This document shows, in pieces, positions 20,735 through 31,011 of a stretch of DNA of 64,000 nt. Made by a program: the position numbers and the translations under genes. How positions within the stretch are numbered: the stretch's first letter is position 1; every line of letters begins with the position of its first letter. This DNA comes from Granulosicoccus sp. (GTDB lineage Bacteria; Pseudomonadota; Gammaproteobacteria; Granulosicoccales; Granulosicoccaceae): assembly GCA_045106475.1 (NCBI GenBank), contig JBGCEO010000093.1:100-64099 (forward strand), in the 5' to 3' direction. Below the pieces are notes generated by a model. It had not been told where the DNA came from and searched no databases. It was given only the letters and a program-made list of their open reading frames with translations.

Positions 20735-21673
20735 ATGTTCTTATACTCAATGGCTATAGCAGGAGGGTGTGTTGGGCTTTACCTGGGTGGCAATAACCTG
20801 CTTAAAGGTGCCACTGCTATCGGTCAAAAGCTTGGCTGGTCCGCAGCTGTTATCGGGTTCGTTCTGGTGTCACTAGGAACAAGCGCACCTGAACTGTTCG
20901 TAAGTGCGGGAGCCGCCTTGCAGGGTTATGGGGATGTGGCTGCAGGCAATGTTGTAGGATCGAATATCGTTAACATCGCTATAGTGCTCGGACTAGGCGC
21001 TCTGATTTTACCTCTGACCATCAATCGATCTATTCGGCTTCATCAGCTGCCGCTCATGGTGCTTATCACAGTGCTGGGATTTGTTTTTCTTCTTGACGGG
21101 TATTTGGGGCGCCTTGAGAGCCTGGTACTTTTGCTTGCCGCATTGGGCAGCGTCTGGTGGGCCATGAAAATCGATGGCGTTCCCGATTTAGAAAAAACGC
21201 TCGGTGAGGAGTTAGATTCCACCAGCGATCAAGGTAATCTGATGAGCGCCATATGGGTTCTGTCCGGCATATTGCTGCTGGTAGCAGGCGCTGAGGGTCT
21301 TATTTGGGGTGGGGTAGGGTTGGCAGCAACATTTGGCGTGCCCGATGCTTTAATCGCCTTAACGGTCACATCCATCGGAACAGGTCTGCCGGAAATCACG
21401 GCGACCGTCCTGGCCGTTGCCAAGCGAGAAACAGATCTGGCTGTTGGCAACGTGGTTGGATCCAATTTATTGAACATTGGCTTGGTACTTGGTGTCAGTG
21501 GATTGATAACACCTATTAATAGCGGAGGAGTTGGGCTTTTCCCTCTGAGTATTATGCTCGGCGCAACCTTATTGCTCGTTGTGCTGTCATGGCGACCTGG
21601 CTACGTGGCGCGTTGGATGGGAGGAACGCTGCTCACAGGTTTTGCTGCTTACACGTTTTTTCTGGTTCAGTAA
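20735..21673 (+). CDS. CaCA-family sodium/calcium exchanger (YrbG-like)
   Basis: 312 aa with two internal alpha-repeats (GNVVGSNIVNIAIVLG and GNVVGSNLLNIGLVLG) and about 10 TM helices. Confidence 0.85.
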   Translation: MFLYSMAIAGGCVGLYLGGNNLLKGATAIGQKLGWSAAVIGFVLVSLGTSAPELFVSAGAALQGYGDVAAGNVVGSNIVNIAIVLGLGALILPLTINRSIRLHQLPLMVLITVLGFVFLLDGYLGRLESLVLLLAALGSVWWAMKIDGVPDLEKTLGEELDSTSDQGNLMSAIWVLSGILLLVAGAEGLIWGGVGLAATFGVPDALIALTVTSIGTGLPEITATVLAVAKRETDLAVGNVVGSNLLNIGLVLGVSGLITPINSGGVGLFPLSIMLGATLLLVVLSWRPGYVARWMGGTLLTGFAAYTFFLVQ

Positions 21674-21705
21674 TTTTCTGCTGAATCAATCAACTGATAT
21701 CTGGC

Positions 21706-22617
21706 ATGCGACATCTAAACTATAATCATCTACTCTATTTCCACACGGTTGCCCGTGAAGGCAGTGTCGCGCAGGCAGCCAAAGTGTTACACCTGACACC
21801 TCAGACGGTGAGTGGTCAGATCAAATTGCTGGAAGATGTTGTCGGTGAACCTTTGTTCTTAAGGGTTGGTCGAGGGCTTACTCTGTCTGATACTGGACGA
21901 GTGGTGCAAACCTATGCAGAAGAGATTTTCTCGGTTGGCACAGCCCTGGCTCAACGTCTGCAAAATACAGGACAAGAAAATCTACGGGCTCTCAGAGTTG
22001 GAATCGTAGACTCCTTCCCTAAGTTACTGGCCTGCCGGTTGCTGAGCGTAACCTTGAGTGATTCTGAACCGGCGCGGCTATCGTGTTCGGAAGGAAAACT
22101 CGAAGCACTATTAGCCGATTTGTCTGTACACAAACTGGATTTAATTTTATCTGACAGGCCCGTTCCGACTGAACTAAACGTAAGAGCTTACAACCATGTA
22201 CTGGGTTCGAGTAATCTGGCGTTTTTTGCGCCGAATGATTGGCCTCAGGATCTCTCTGGAAATTTTCCACAGTCTCTGGCTAATGTTTCGGTGTTGTTGC
22301 CGGATTCTTCCAGCGCTCTTAGAAGAAGCCTGGATCATTGGTTTGATGAAATCGATATTGTGCCGAGGGTGGTTGCAGAATTTGACGACAGCGCTTTGAT
22401 GAAAACTTTTGGAGAAGCCGGCTTGGGAGCTTTTCCAGCTCCGGAAATCATTGCCGATGATATCGCTCGCAGCTTCAACTCGAAACGCATTGGATTGATT
22501 AATGGAGTGACAGAAACGTTTATAGCTATCTCTCCACAACGTCGATTGCGTCACCCTTCAGTATTGCGAATTGCGCGACTGGCCAAACAAGCACTGGCAT
22601 CCCATACAAAATCGTAA
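21706..22617 (+). CDS. LysR-family transcriptional regulator, NhaR-like
   Basis: The N-terminal HTH reads LNYNHLLYFHTVAREGSVAQAAKVLHLTPQTVSGQIKLLE. This closely resembles E. coli NhaR (INYNHLYYFWHV..GSV..AA..L.LTPQT..GQI) as I remember it. It sits next to the antiporter genes. Confidence 0.75.
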   Translation: MRHLNYNHLLYFHTVAREGSVAQAAKVLHLTPQTVSGQIKLLEDVVGEPLFLRVGRGLTLSDTGRVVQTYAEEIFSVGTALAQRLQNTGQENLRALRVGIVDSFPKLLACRLLSVTLSDSEPARLSCSEGKLEALLADLSVHKLDLILSDRPVPTELNVRAYNHVLGSSNLAFFAPNDWPQDLSGNFPQSLANVSVLLPDSSSALRRSLDHWFDEIDIVPRVVAEFDDSALMKTFGEAGLGAFPAPEIIADDIARSFNSKRIGLINGVTETFIAISPQRRLRHPSVLRIARLAKQALASHTKS

Positions 22618-22702
22618 AGTTACAACAAAGGCAGGGACATCTTAAAAGCCGATAGTATGTCTGTTGGCACAGACGCATTGGTCTATCAGCCCCGGAGACA
22701 AT

Positions 22703-23383
22703 ATGCACATCTTATTAGTGGAGGACGACCCCCACACTGCGGATTATGCGGCTCGTGGATTCAAAGAGGCTGGCCACGTTGTTGATGTGCTGGACAACGG
22801 TAGAGAGGCCGTGATTCAGTGCTTGCAAACAGAGTATGACGTTTTGGTTGTTGATCGTATGCTGCCCGGTATGGACGGCCTGTCGGTGGTCAAGAGTCTG
22901 CGCGCATCAGGCAATAAATCACCGGTAATTTTTCTAACTGCGGTATCGGGTGTTGATGATCGCGTTGCAGGTCTTGAGGCAGGAGCCGATGACTACCTGA
23001 CCAAGCCTTTTGCGTTTTCCGAGCTACTTGCCAGAGTCAATGCTCTTGCGCGAAGACCAGCGACCTCCGTTGAAATAACCCATCTGCAGGTGGCAGACTT
23101 GTATCTGGATCTATTAGCGCGGACGGCTCGCAGAGGTGGCCAGGATATCGAACTGCAACCTCGAGAATTCACCTTGCTTGAGGTACTTATGCGTAATGAA
23201 GGGCGGGTGGTAAGCCGCACCATGTTACTGGAGCAGGTATGGGATTTTCATTTTGATCCGAAAACCAGCGTAGTAGAAACCCATATAAGTCGCTTGCGGG
23301 GTAAGATTGACAAACCGTTTCCGGAGCAGCTTCTGCACACTGTACGCAATCTTGGGTATAGCCTGCATCCGGCGCGCTCATGA
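22703..23383 (+). CDS. OmpR-family response regulator
   Basis: It has a receiver domain (MHILLVEDD, VVDRMLPGMDG, KP) plus a winged-helix output domain (LTxREFxLLEVL, VxRLRxKID). I set the start at the internal ATG 22703. Confidence 0.9.
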   Translation: MHILLVEDDPHTADYAARGFKEAGHVVDVLDNGREAVIQCLQTEYDVLVVDRMLPGMDGLSVVKSLRASGNKSPVIFLTAVSGVDDRVAGLEAGADDYLTKPFAFSELLARVNALARRPATSVEITHLQVADLYLDLLARTARRGGQDIELQPREFTLLEVLMRNEGRVVSRTMLLEQVWDFHFDPKTSVVETHISRLRGKIDKPFPEQLLHTVRNLGYSLHPARS

Positions 23384-23415
23384 CCGAGCCTAGTTGCAAG
23401 ATCTGACGATACCTG

Positions 23416-24957
23416 ATGGCCATCAATCCTGACCACAGCGCACCGATAACGCCGCCTCAGAGCATGGGTGCGAGCGTCGACTGTGTGGGTCGAGGACTGA
23501 CCTCTCCCTGTAGCGAAGAGCCGGTCACTGAGTCGAACAAGCAAGGCCTGCGACAAGTGCTTAAAACAGCACTTTACGCACGATTTATACTGTTGCGCAG
23601 CTCAGCATTTCGTATAGGCATCATGTTCTGGTTGATGTTTACTGCGTGCTTTGGTATTGCCGAATACATATTTTACGAAACCTTGCAGGACCGCATTCTT
23701 AACCGAGTGGATGAGACTATTTTTGAACGGTTTGATGCGGTTAAAGAGGTTTACGAGATTGGTGGGCTGGAATCTGTAATTCAGCTGGCTGAAGCGAGAG
23801 GCAAATCACCGATGGCCTCGACAATGGGGTTTCATTTATCAACCCCCAATGGTGAGCGTATTGCTGGCAACGTACCCATCTGCATAACAGAAATGGGTTG
23901 GGATGTATTGATTGGTGAAGATCTGGGTTTGGAAGATCAAGGCTCTTACCGTTTCTACACCGGCAAGGTTGGTGGAAACATATTATCTCTAGGCAAGAGC
24001 CTCGAAGATCTGGTGGAATTACGTCGCATAGCATTTATATGCTTAGTATGGACGCTAGTTGTGTCCACACTACTTGCTTTTCTGGGTGCGTTGTTTTTCG
24101 TGATCAGAACCCATAAGCGAATTGATGGAATATCTACCGCTTTGGACGGCGTTGCAGCTGGCAATCTAAATGCGCGATTACCCGTGTCCTGCGCACTTGA
24201 TGATATTGATCAGTTATCGATAAAAATCAACTCATCGCTAGAGCGGTTGAAGCAAACTGTGGATGGCATGCGGCAGGTAAGCACCGACATAGCTCACGAT
24301 CTGAAAACACCTCTTAACCGTCTTTATATAACTATCGATGAGGCCGCCACTAAAAGTCGTGCAGGCAAATGTGTGGGCAATGATCTGGATGGTGCCCTGG
24401 AGGAAGCGCAGTCTATCAATGGCACTTTTGAGGCTTTGCTACGAATTGCCCAAATAGAGGCGGGCGCAAGAAAAGCTCAGTTCAAGTTTTTTGATTTATC
24501 GTCTGTTCTAGAAACAGCGGCTGAGGTCTATTTGCCGGTAGTGGAAGAAAACTCTCAGCACCTGCAGGTTAATCTGGAAGCCGGAAAGTACCTGCCCATG
24601 TTTGGCGATCAAAGCCTTGTTTTGCAGTTGCTGGTTAACTTGATAGAGAACTCTGTACACCATTGCAACGATGCAGCTTCGATTATGCTTAGTGCTGGCG
24701 AGCAAAACGGCAATGTATGGTTCAGCGTCGCAGACGATGGGCCAGGTATCCCTGATGGGGAGAGGGAAAAAGTATTTCGTCGACTCTATCGGCTTGAACG
24801 CAGCAGAACGACTAAAGGCACCGGTCTCGGTTTGAGTCTGGTCAAGGCAATAGCTGACCTGCATTGCGGATCAATATCCCTGGCAGACAACAATCCCGGT
24901 TTGGTCGTGACAGTAAATTTTGATAGGCAGTGTGGATCAGACAGCCAGACAGGCTAA
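23416..24957 (+). CDS. sensor histidine kinase (two TM, HAMP, HisKA, HATPase_c)
   Basis: The H-box is STDIAHDLKTPLN, the N-box LLVNLIENSVHH, and the G-boxes DDGPGIP and GTGLGLSLV. The true start is uncertain and may lie downstream. Confidence 0.85.
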   Translation: MAINPDHSAPITPPQSMGASVDCVGRGLTSPCSEEPVTESNKQGLRQVLKTALYARFILLRSSAFRIGIMFWLMFTACFGIAEYIFYETLQDRILNRVDETIFERFDAVKEVYEIGGLESVIQLAEARGKSPMASTMGFHLSTPNGERIAGNVPICITEMGWDVLIGEDLGLEDQGSYRFYTGKVGGNILSLGKSLEDLVELRRIAFICLVWTLVVSTLLAFLGALFFVIRTHKRIDGISTALDGVAAGNLNARLPVSCALDDIDQLSIKINSSLERLKQTVDGMRQVSTDIAHDLKTPLNRLYITIDEAATKSRAGKCVGNDLDGALEEAQSINGTFEALLRIAQIEAGARKAQFKFFDLSSVLETAAEVYLPVVEENSQHLQVNLEAGKYLPMFGDQSLVLQLLVNLIENSVHHCNDAASIMLSAGEQNGNVWFSVADDGPGIPDGEREKVFRRLYRLERSRTTKGTGLGLSLVKAIADLHCGSISLADNNPGLVVTVNFDRQCGSDSQTG

Positions 24958-24975
24958 GCTGATAGCCGTTACAAC

Positions 24976-25467
24976 TTATCGGTAGTGGTAAGTGGCTTTA
25001 ATATTAACCGGGAAGTTCAAGGAACGCGCTATAAAGCAGTAGTTGTGCACGTCCCCGTGAATAGCATCAGCTATTTGCTGATCGTTTCCTGCTTCCAGTG
25101 TGATACTCGGTTGCAAGGTTGCACTAAGAAAACGACCAGCACCATTTTTTGACACCTCGCCTATTGCAAGCGGCTGATCAGTGTAGGCCGTGACCACTAT
25201 TTTAGCGTTGCTGGCCAAGTGCAGAAACCACAACATGTGACAGGCCGATACCGAGCACAATAACAAGTCTTCCGGGTTGGGTAGGGTTTTGTCGCCACCG
25301 AGTAATGGATCATTAGAGCAGCTGATAACAGGCTTGCCGGGCGATGTTATATCCCAGGTTCGATCATAGGCTCGGTAGCTTTGCGTGCCATGACCTCGAT
25401 TGCCCGTCCATTCCACTTGCGCGGTGTAGCTGTGTTGTTGGGACGGTAGTGTTGAATCCCCTGACAT
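24976..25467 (-). CDS. OsmC-family peroxiredoxin-like protein
   Basis: 163 aa with the OsmC layout and conserved Cys residues (LLLCSVSACHMLWFL and NYCFIARS). Confidence 0.75.
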   Translation of the reverse strand: MSGDSTLPSQQHSYTAQVEWTGNRGHGTQSYRAYDRTWDITSPGKPVISCSNDPLLGGDKTLPNPEDLLLCSVSACHMLWFLHLASNAKIVVTAYTDQPLAIGEVSKNGAGRFLSATLQPSITLEAGNDQQIADAIHGDVHNYCFIARSLNFPVNIKATYHYR

Positions 25468-25507
25468 TGATTACTCCAGATTCACGCGATAAGTGCATCG
25501 CTTCGGC

Positions 25508-25548
25508 AAAAAAAAAGCCGCCACAAATAGGTGTGGCGGCTTGTTTTC
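25508..25548. terminator. bidirectional rho-independent terminator (osmC-like gene / rpoH)
   Basis: An A-run is followed by GCCGCCAC (25517-25524), a loop, and GTGGCGGC (25533-25540), then TTGTTTT. It has the shape of a terminator in both orientations. Confidence 0.75.
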
Positions 25549-25570
25549 GTACTACGATTTAGTTTACGTA

Positions 25571-26440
25571 TCAGGCAGCAAGCAGGTGTGCCTTGATCTT
25601 TTTCATGGCAGCTTTTTCTATCTGACGAATACGTTCCGCAGAGACACCGTACTCATCAGCTAACTCATGCAAAGTCGATTTCTCATCTTCCAACCATCGA
25701 CGTTGCAAGATGGTGCGACTGCGATCGTCAAGTATGTCGAACCCTGCTGCCAACCCTTCATGCGTTTTATCTCTTCCATCCTGACGTTCTAGAATGGTGG
25801 ACGGATCTTCTTGCTCCTGAAACAGGGTATCCGAAGGCGAGAGACTGACACGATCTTCGCTGGCTCCTGGTGGCGCATCAAAGGCACTGTCGTGACCATG
25901 CATGCGTGATTCCATTTCGACCACAACCTTTGGGTCGACTCCCAGATCGGCAGCCACCGCATTCACCTCTTCCTGGCTGAACCAGTTGAGCTGTTTTTTC
26001 GCGCTGCGCAGTTTAAAGAACAGCTTGCGTTGCGATTTTGTCGTAGCAACCTTTACGATACGCCAGTTGCGAATCACATATTCGTGAATCTCTGCACGAA
26101 TCCAGTGGACTGCAAATGAGATCAGGCGAACGCCAACATCGGGGTCAAAACGCTTAACAGCTTTCATGAGTCCGATATTGCCCTCTTGTACAAGATCAGC
26201 CATCGGCAATCCATACCCTTTGTAGGTTCTGGCAATGTGCACAACAAATCTGAGCTGTGACATAACCAGTTGCCGGGCGGCATCAAGATCTTCGTCATTG
26301 CGCAAACGACGCGCAAGGGATTGCTCGTCTTCGACCGTTAGCAGATCGATGCTGGCGATTTTCGATAGGTAGCTGTTCAAGTCATCAGCGATGACAGGCA
26401 ACGGCATTGTGTTTTTACTTAAAGTCAGGGCATTACTCAT
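25571..26440 (-). CDS. rpoH: RNA polymerase sigma-32 (heat shock sigma factor)
   Basis: It has an RpoH-box-like QRKLFFKLR and region 2 (DLVQEGNIGLMKAVKRFDP). It lies downstream of ftsYEX, as in E. coli. I set the start at ATG 26440 (MSNALTL...). Confidence 0.95.
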   Translation of the reverse strand: MSNALTLSKNTMPLPVIADDLNSYLSKIASIDLLTVEDEQSLARRLRNDEDLDAARQLVMSQLRFVVHIARTYKGYGLPMADLVQEGNIGLMKAVKRFDPDVGVRLISFAVHWIRAEIHEYVIRNWRIVKVATTKSQRKLFFKLRSAKKQLNWFSQEEVNAVAADLGVDPKVVVEMESRMHGHDSAFDAPPGASEDRVSLSPSDTLFQEQEDPSTILERQDGRDKTHEGLAAGFDILDDRSRTILQRRWLEDEKSTLHELADEYGVSAERIRQIEKAAMKKIKAHLLAA

Positions 26441-26490
26441 TTTGTTTCTCCAACAGCTGTCGGGACAACTGTATTTTAGCACTCACAGAG

Positions 26491-26518
26491 TGAGAGTGCT
26501 AAATAGCGGCAAAGTTCC
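26491..26518 (-). promoter_or_regulatory. candidate sigmaE/AlgU-type promoter for rpoH
   Basis: The minus strand reads GGAACTT (26518-26512), a 16-nt spacer, then TCTCA (26495-26491). The ECF sigmaE consensus is GGAACTT-N16-TCnnA. E. coli rpoH P3 and the Pseudomonas rpoH promoter are sigmaE/AlgU dependent. Confidence 0.55.
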
Positions 26519-26598
26519 TTCCAGATTTAGTTATTTTATGCGGCCTAACTTTACCGATATGTAAGTAATAACCCTTACGAAATCAATAGCTTGCTGGA

Positions 26599-27561
26599 TC
26601 AGTTATTTGATGATCTGCGCAGTGTTAACTGCTGTGCTGGGCGGTACAAACTGCTCAGCGCGCCGGCAATCCCGAGTAGCAAAGATGCACCCAATACGCT
26701 CATTATTTGTGATGCATTTGGCATTTTTAGTGCAAAACTGCTTTGATATAAGCCAGAGAGCTCCTGCGTAGGCCCTTGAATGGCATTAAACGCTAAAAGC
26801 GCAATAATGCATGCCACTAAACCTCCAAAAAATCCATAAAGAGCGCCTGTGTAAAAAATAGGGCGATTTAAAAAACTCTGGTTAGCGCCTAACAGGCTGG
26901 CAACCTCCATTTCGCTGCGTCTGCGCAGTAATTCCAGCCTAATGGTATTGCCGATAACCAGAAAAGCCGTCAGGGTTAGAAATCCGGTCAGCAAGCCGCC
27001 CAGCAACTTTGCCAGCGAGACGAACGATTGCAATCGTTTGACCCAGCGTAAATCAAGCTGGACACGCTCCACGGCAGGGATGCCGCTCAAAGTCTGCGCA
27101 AGTGCCTCCACACGGCCCGCAAGCAGCGTATTGGTATCTGGAAAGACCATGATCGCACCGGGTAACGGGTTAGTACCCAAGGCATCGAGAGCTTCACTTA
27201 TGTCGGCATTTTCCCGAAAAAGCGCAAGAGCCTCGTCGCGGCTGATATAGCGCGTATTGCGTATGCCCGGGCTACCCAGCCAGTCCTGAGCTAGCTGTGC
27301 ACCCTGTAAGTCCGTAACGGATGTCTGTAGATACACTGTCAGACTCTCGTTATCCAGATTGCGAGTGCCTAATTGGTTAAGCGCATTGCTGGCAAACAGC
27401 AGTATGACGGGTAAGGCCAACGTAATGCCAAGCACCAGTAGTGTTATCAAGCTGGCGAATTTGTGGCGTTTAAATTGCCGCAGGCTTTGCGCCAGCGCAT
27501 AGCCACGCTTGCTATAAGTCCAGCGTGGACCTGCTGCATCGGTATCGTGATCCATGCTCAT
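26599..27561 (-). CDS. ftsX: cell division permease-like protein FtsX
   Basis: 320 aa with 4 TM helices and a large first periplasmic loop. It is directly downstream of ftsE. Confidence 0.9.
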   Translation of the reverse strand: MSMDHDTDAAGPRWTYSKRGYALAQSLRQFKRHKFASLITLLVLGITLALPVILLFASNALNQLGTRNLDNESLTVYLQTSVTDLQGAQLAQDWLGSPGIRNTRYISRDEALALFRENADISEALDALGTNPLPGAIMVFPDTNTLLAGRVEALAQTLSGIPAVERVQLDLRWVKRLQSFVSLAKLLGGLLTGFLTLTAFLVIGNTIRLELLRRRSEMEVASLLGANQSFLNRPIFYTGALYGFFGGLVACIIALLAFNAIQGPTQELSGLYQSSFALKMPNASQIMSVLGASLLLGIAGALSSLYRPAQQLTLRRSSNN

Positions 27562-27564
27562 TTT

Positions 27565-28308
27565 TCAGCTTTGCTGTGTGGCCGCAGCATTGCGGCGGTG
27601 GATGCGCGATGCGGGTCGCACGCTACCTCTGACAGAAGCAGAGTTAGCACGATCTTCATGCACTAACTGTCCCTGATTTAGAGTCAGTCGAGGGTAATCA
27701 AAGGTATTGAGAAGACCCTGATCATGGGTGGCAATGAGTACGGTGACACCAGAGGCATTGAACCGCATCAGAAGCTGCATGATTTCAGCGCTTATTTCCG
27801 CATCCAGATTACCGGTTGGTTCGTCAGCAAGCAGCAGTTTGGGTCTTGCCACAATAGCTCTTGCAATACCAACACGTTGTTGCTCTCCGCCGGATAAGGA
27901 TTTGGGATAATCCAGTGCCTTGTTAGACAGGGCCACCTTGTCGAGCGCAGCCGAAACCCGCCTGGTGATGTCAGCAAATTTATACCCGCCGATGATCAAC
28001 GGCAATGCAACATTGTCGAAGACCGAACGATCTTGCAAAAGCTGGTTGTCTTGAAAGACCATCCCCATTTGCTGACGTAAGGCGGGTTCCTGGCGAGGCT
28101 TTAACGCACTATAGGCCACATTGCCTATTTGTATTTCGCCGGAGCTTGGGCGTTCAAGCCTGGCAATTAGCTTTAGCAACGAGCTTTTTCCAGCCCCGGA
28201 GTGGCCGGTTAAAAACGTGAAAGAGCCTGAGTCCAGCGAGAACGACACATCCTTAAGCGCGAATTTTCCCGGTTGGTATTCGAGGTTGATTTGCTCGAAA
28301 GTAATCAT
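27565..28308 (-). CDS. ftsE: cell division ATP-binding protein FtsE
   Basis: Walker A is GHSGAGKSS, the signature is LSGGEQQRV, and Walker B is LLLADEPTGNLD. I set the start at ATG 28308 (MITFEQI). There is a basic ~30-aa C-terminal tail. Confidence 0.92.
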   Translation of the reverse strand: MITFEQINLEYQPGKFALKDVSFSLDSGSFTFLTGHSGAGKSSLLKLIARLERPSSGEIQIGNVAYSALKPRQEPALRQQMGMVFQDNQLLQDRSVFDNVALPLIIGGYKFADITRRVSAALDKVALSNKALDYPKSLSGGEQQRVGIARAIVARPKLLLADEPTGNLDAEISAEIMQLLMRFNASGVTVLIATHDQGLLNTFDYPRLTLNQGQLVHEDRANSASVRGSVRPASRIHRRNAAATQQS

Positions 28309-28315
28309 GTGAGTT

Positions 28316-29287
28316 TCATCGAGTTGATATGAGAGCGTCGACATAACGCTCCGCTTCGAACACTTCCAGATCGGTAACTTGCTCACCTACACCAATAAAG
28401 CGAATCGGCAGACCCAGGTGCTCGGCAATGGCGAAAATTACACCCCCCTTTGCGGTGCCATCGAGCTTGGTGACAGCCATGCCGGTAATATTCATGGCCT
28501 CATGGAACTGCCGTGCCTGATTCAAGGCATTCTGGCCGGTACCACCGTCCAGCACAATCAAGGTTTCATGCGGCGCATCCGGGTCCACTTTGCCGATTAC
28601 CCGTTTAACCTTTTGCAGCTCTTCCATCAGGTTGGATTGTGTGTGTAGACGACCCGCTGTATCGGCAATCAATACGTCAATCCCTCGCGCTTTAGCCGAT
28701 TGCACGGCGTCAAAGATCACTGACGCAGAGTCAGCGCCTGTGCCCTGGGACACAACGGGCACATTATTACGTTCGCCCCAGGTTTGTAGCTGTTCGACAG
28801 CGGCAGCCCTGAAAGTATCGCCGGCGGCCAGCATCACGCTCTTGCCACCATCCTGAAGCTGTTTTGCCAGCTTGCCAATCGTGGTGGTTTTCCCGGAACC
28901 GTTAACGCCTATCACCAGAATCACAAAGGGACTGTTACTGTCGGGTATTTCCAGAGCTTGCTCCACCGGTTGGAGTAGACCAATCAACTCCTGTCGCAAT
29001 GCTGATCGCAGCGCTTCGGAATCGCCCACTTCAGATCGACTAAGCTGTCGATTGAGCGCATTCATGACTTTGGCCGTGGCGTCTATACCGACATCGGCCA
29101 TAATCAGCTGTCCCTCAAGCTCTTCCAGCAGATCGGCATCGATCGGTTTATTGCCAAGCATGAAGTCCAGCAGATTGTCTCGAAAGCGGGACCGCGTGCG
29201 CGACAATTTCGCATCCAGTGGCACGTCCACCTCTGGTTGTTCTTCGCGTTGCGTTTTTTGTCGCTTGAGAAAACTGAAAATACCCAT
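28316..29287 (-). CDS. ftsY: signal recognition particle receptor FtsY (short form without acidic A domain)
   Basis: It has an NG domain (GVNGSGKTTTIGKLA, DTAGRL, TKLDGTAKGG) and an N-terminal amphipathic MGIFSFLKR. Confidence 0.95.
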   Translation of the reverse strand: MGIFSFLKRQKTQREEQPEVDVPLDAKLSRTRSRFRDNLLDFMLGNKPIDADLLEELEGQLIMADVGIDATAKVMNALNRQLSRSEVGDSEALRSALRQELIGLLQPVEQALEIPDSNSPFVILVIGVNGSGKTTTIGKLAKQLQDGGKSVMLAAGDTFRAAAVEQLQTWGERNNVPVVSQGTGADSASVIFDAVQSAKARGIDVLIADTAGRLHTQSNLMEELQKVKRVIGKVDPDAPHETLIVLDGGTGQNALNQARQFHEAMNITGMAVTKLDGTAKGGVIFAIAEHLGLPIRFIGVGEQVTDLEVFEAERYVDALISTR

Positions 29288-29397
29288 TTACTGGTTTGTT
29301 TTGTCCAATTGGTTGATCGTGTTCATGATTCGCTGCGCAAAGCTATGGGCGCGTCGGTATTATGGCAACTGCAGCCCGTTGAATAGCATCTTACATC

Positions 29398-30027
29398 GTG
29401 TCAGTACCCTCAAACCCTAGTAGAAGTGGCCGGCAGAGCAAGTCTTCTGGACAAGTTCGTATTATTGCGGGCCAATGGCGGGGACGTCGCTTGCCCGTAG
29501 CCAATGCGCCGGGGCTCAGGCCAACGGGCGACAGGGTCAGGGAAACGTTATTCAACTGGTTGCAGAGCGATATTGCCGGAAGTCATTGTTTAGACCTGTT
29601 TGCCGGTACCGGAGCGCTGGGATTGGAGGCTTTGTCGAGGTATGCAGCCTCTGTCACGTTTGTAGAGCCTGATCTGCAGGCAAACAGAATGCTGGTAGAC
29701 GCCCTCAAGCTGTTTGGTATCGACGAAACTGCCCGATTAGAACAGGGCTGTGACACTCGTGTAGTGCAAACCAGCGCTGAATTGTTCCTGGCTGAAAACC
29801 AAACGCAATTTGATATCGTGTTTATCGACCCGCCCTTTGACCAAGCCCTGCAAATGGCAACCCTGGCATCATTGTGGCCAGATCATTTGTCAAAGTCGGC
29901 TGTGATCTATGTTGAGGCACCGACAAAGCAGGCGTGGGTTGATCCAGCACCACCAGGATATACAAGCCGTAAGGAAAAACGCTTTGGCGAGGTCTGTGCT
30001 CGATTGCTAGATGTGTGTTCAGTCTAG
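29398..30027 (+). CDS. rsmD: 16S rRNA (guanine966-N2)-methyltransferase
   Basis: It has a GTG start, with RIIAGQWRGRRL, LDLFAGTGALGLEALSR and DPPF. It is divergent from ftsY, as in E. coli. Confidence 0.9.
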   Translation: MSVPSNPSRSGRQSKSSGQVRIIAGQWRGRRLPVANAPGLRPTGDRVRETLFNWLQSDIAGSHCLDLFAGTGALGLEALSRYAASVTFVEPDLQANRMLVDALKLFGIDETARLEQGCDTRVVQTSAELFLAENQTQFDIVFIDPPFDQALQMATLASLWPDHLSKSAVIYVEAPTKQAWVDPAPPGYTSRKEKRFGEVCARLLDVCSV

Positions 30028-30127
30028 TTTCTTCGCGAGCCAGATAAGTCAGATTGGCTGGTCTGTCTGATTGCGCAGCGAGATATTTTCCAGCACACTC
30101 ATATACTGAACTATTGGGGAAACCTTA

Positions 30128-30953
<826 letters not shown>

Positions 30954-31011
30954 GGCTTTGCCTGCCGTTTTTGCTTGGGTATTTTATACTTCGACCCTGT
31001 GCCTCGGGTGT

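Noticed and set aside
28872-29420. A 182-aa plus-strand ORF spanning the ftsY N-terminus and the ftsY/rsmD intergenic region.
   Set aside because: It is antisense to ftsY. The product is Ser/Arg-rich with no motifs. The conserved divergent ftsY | rsmD arrangement explains the region.
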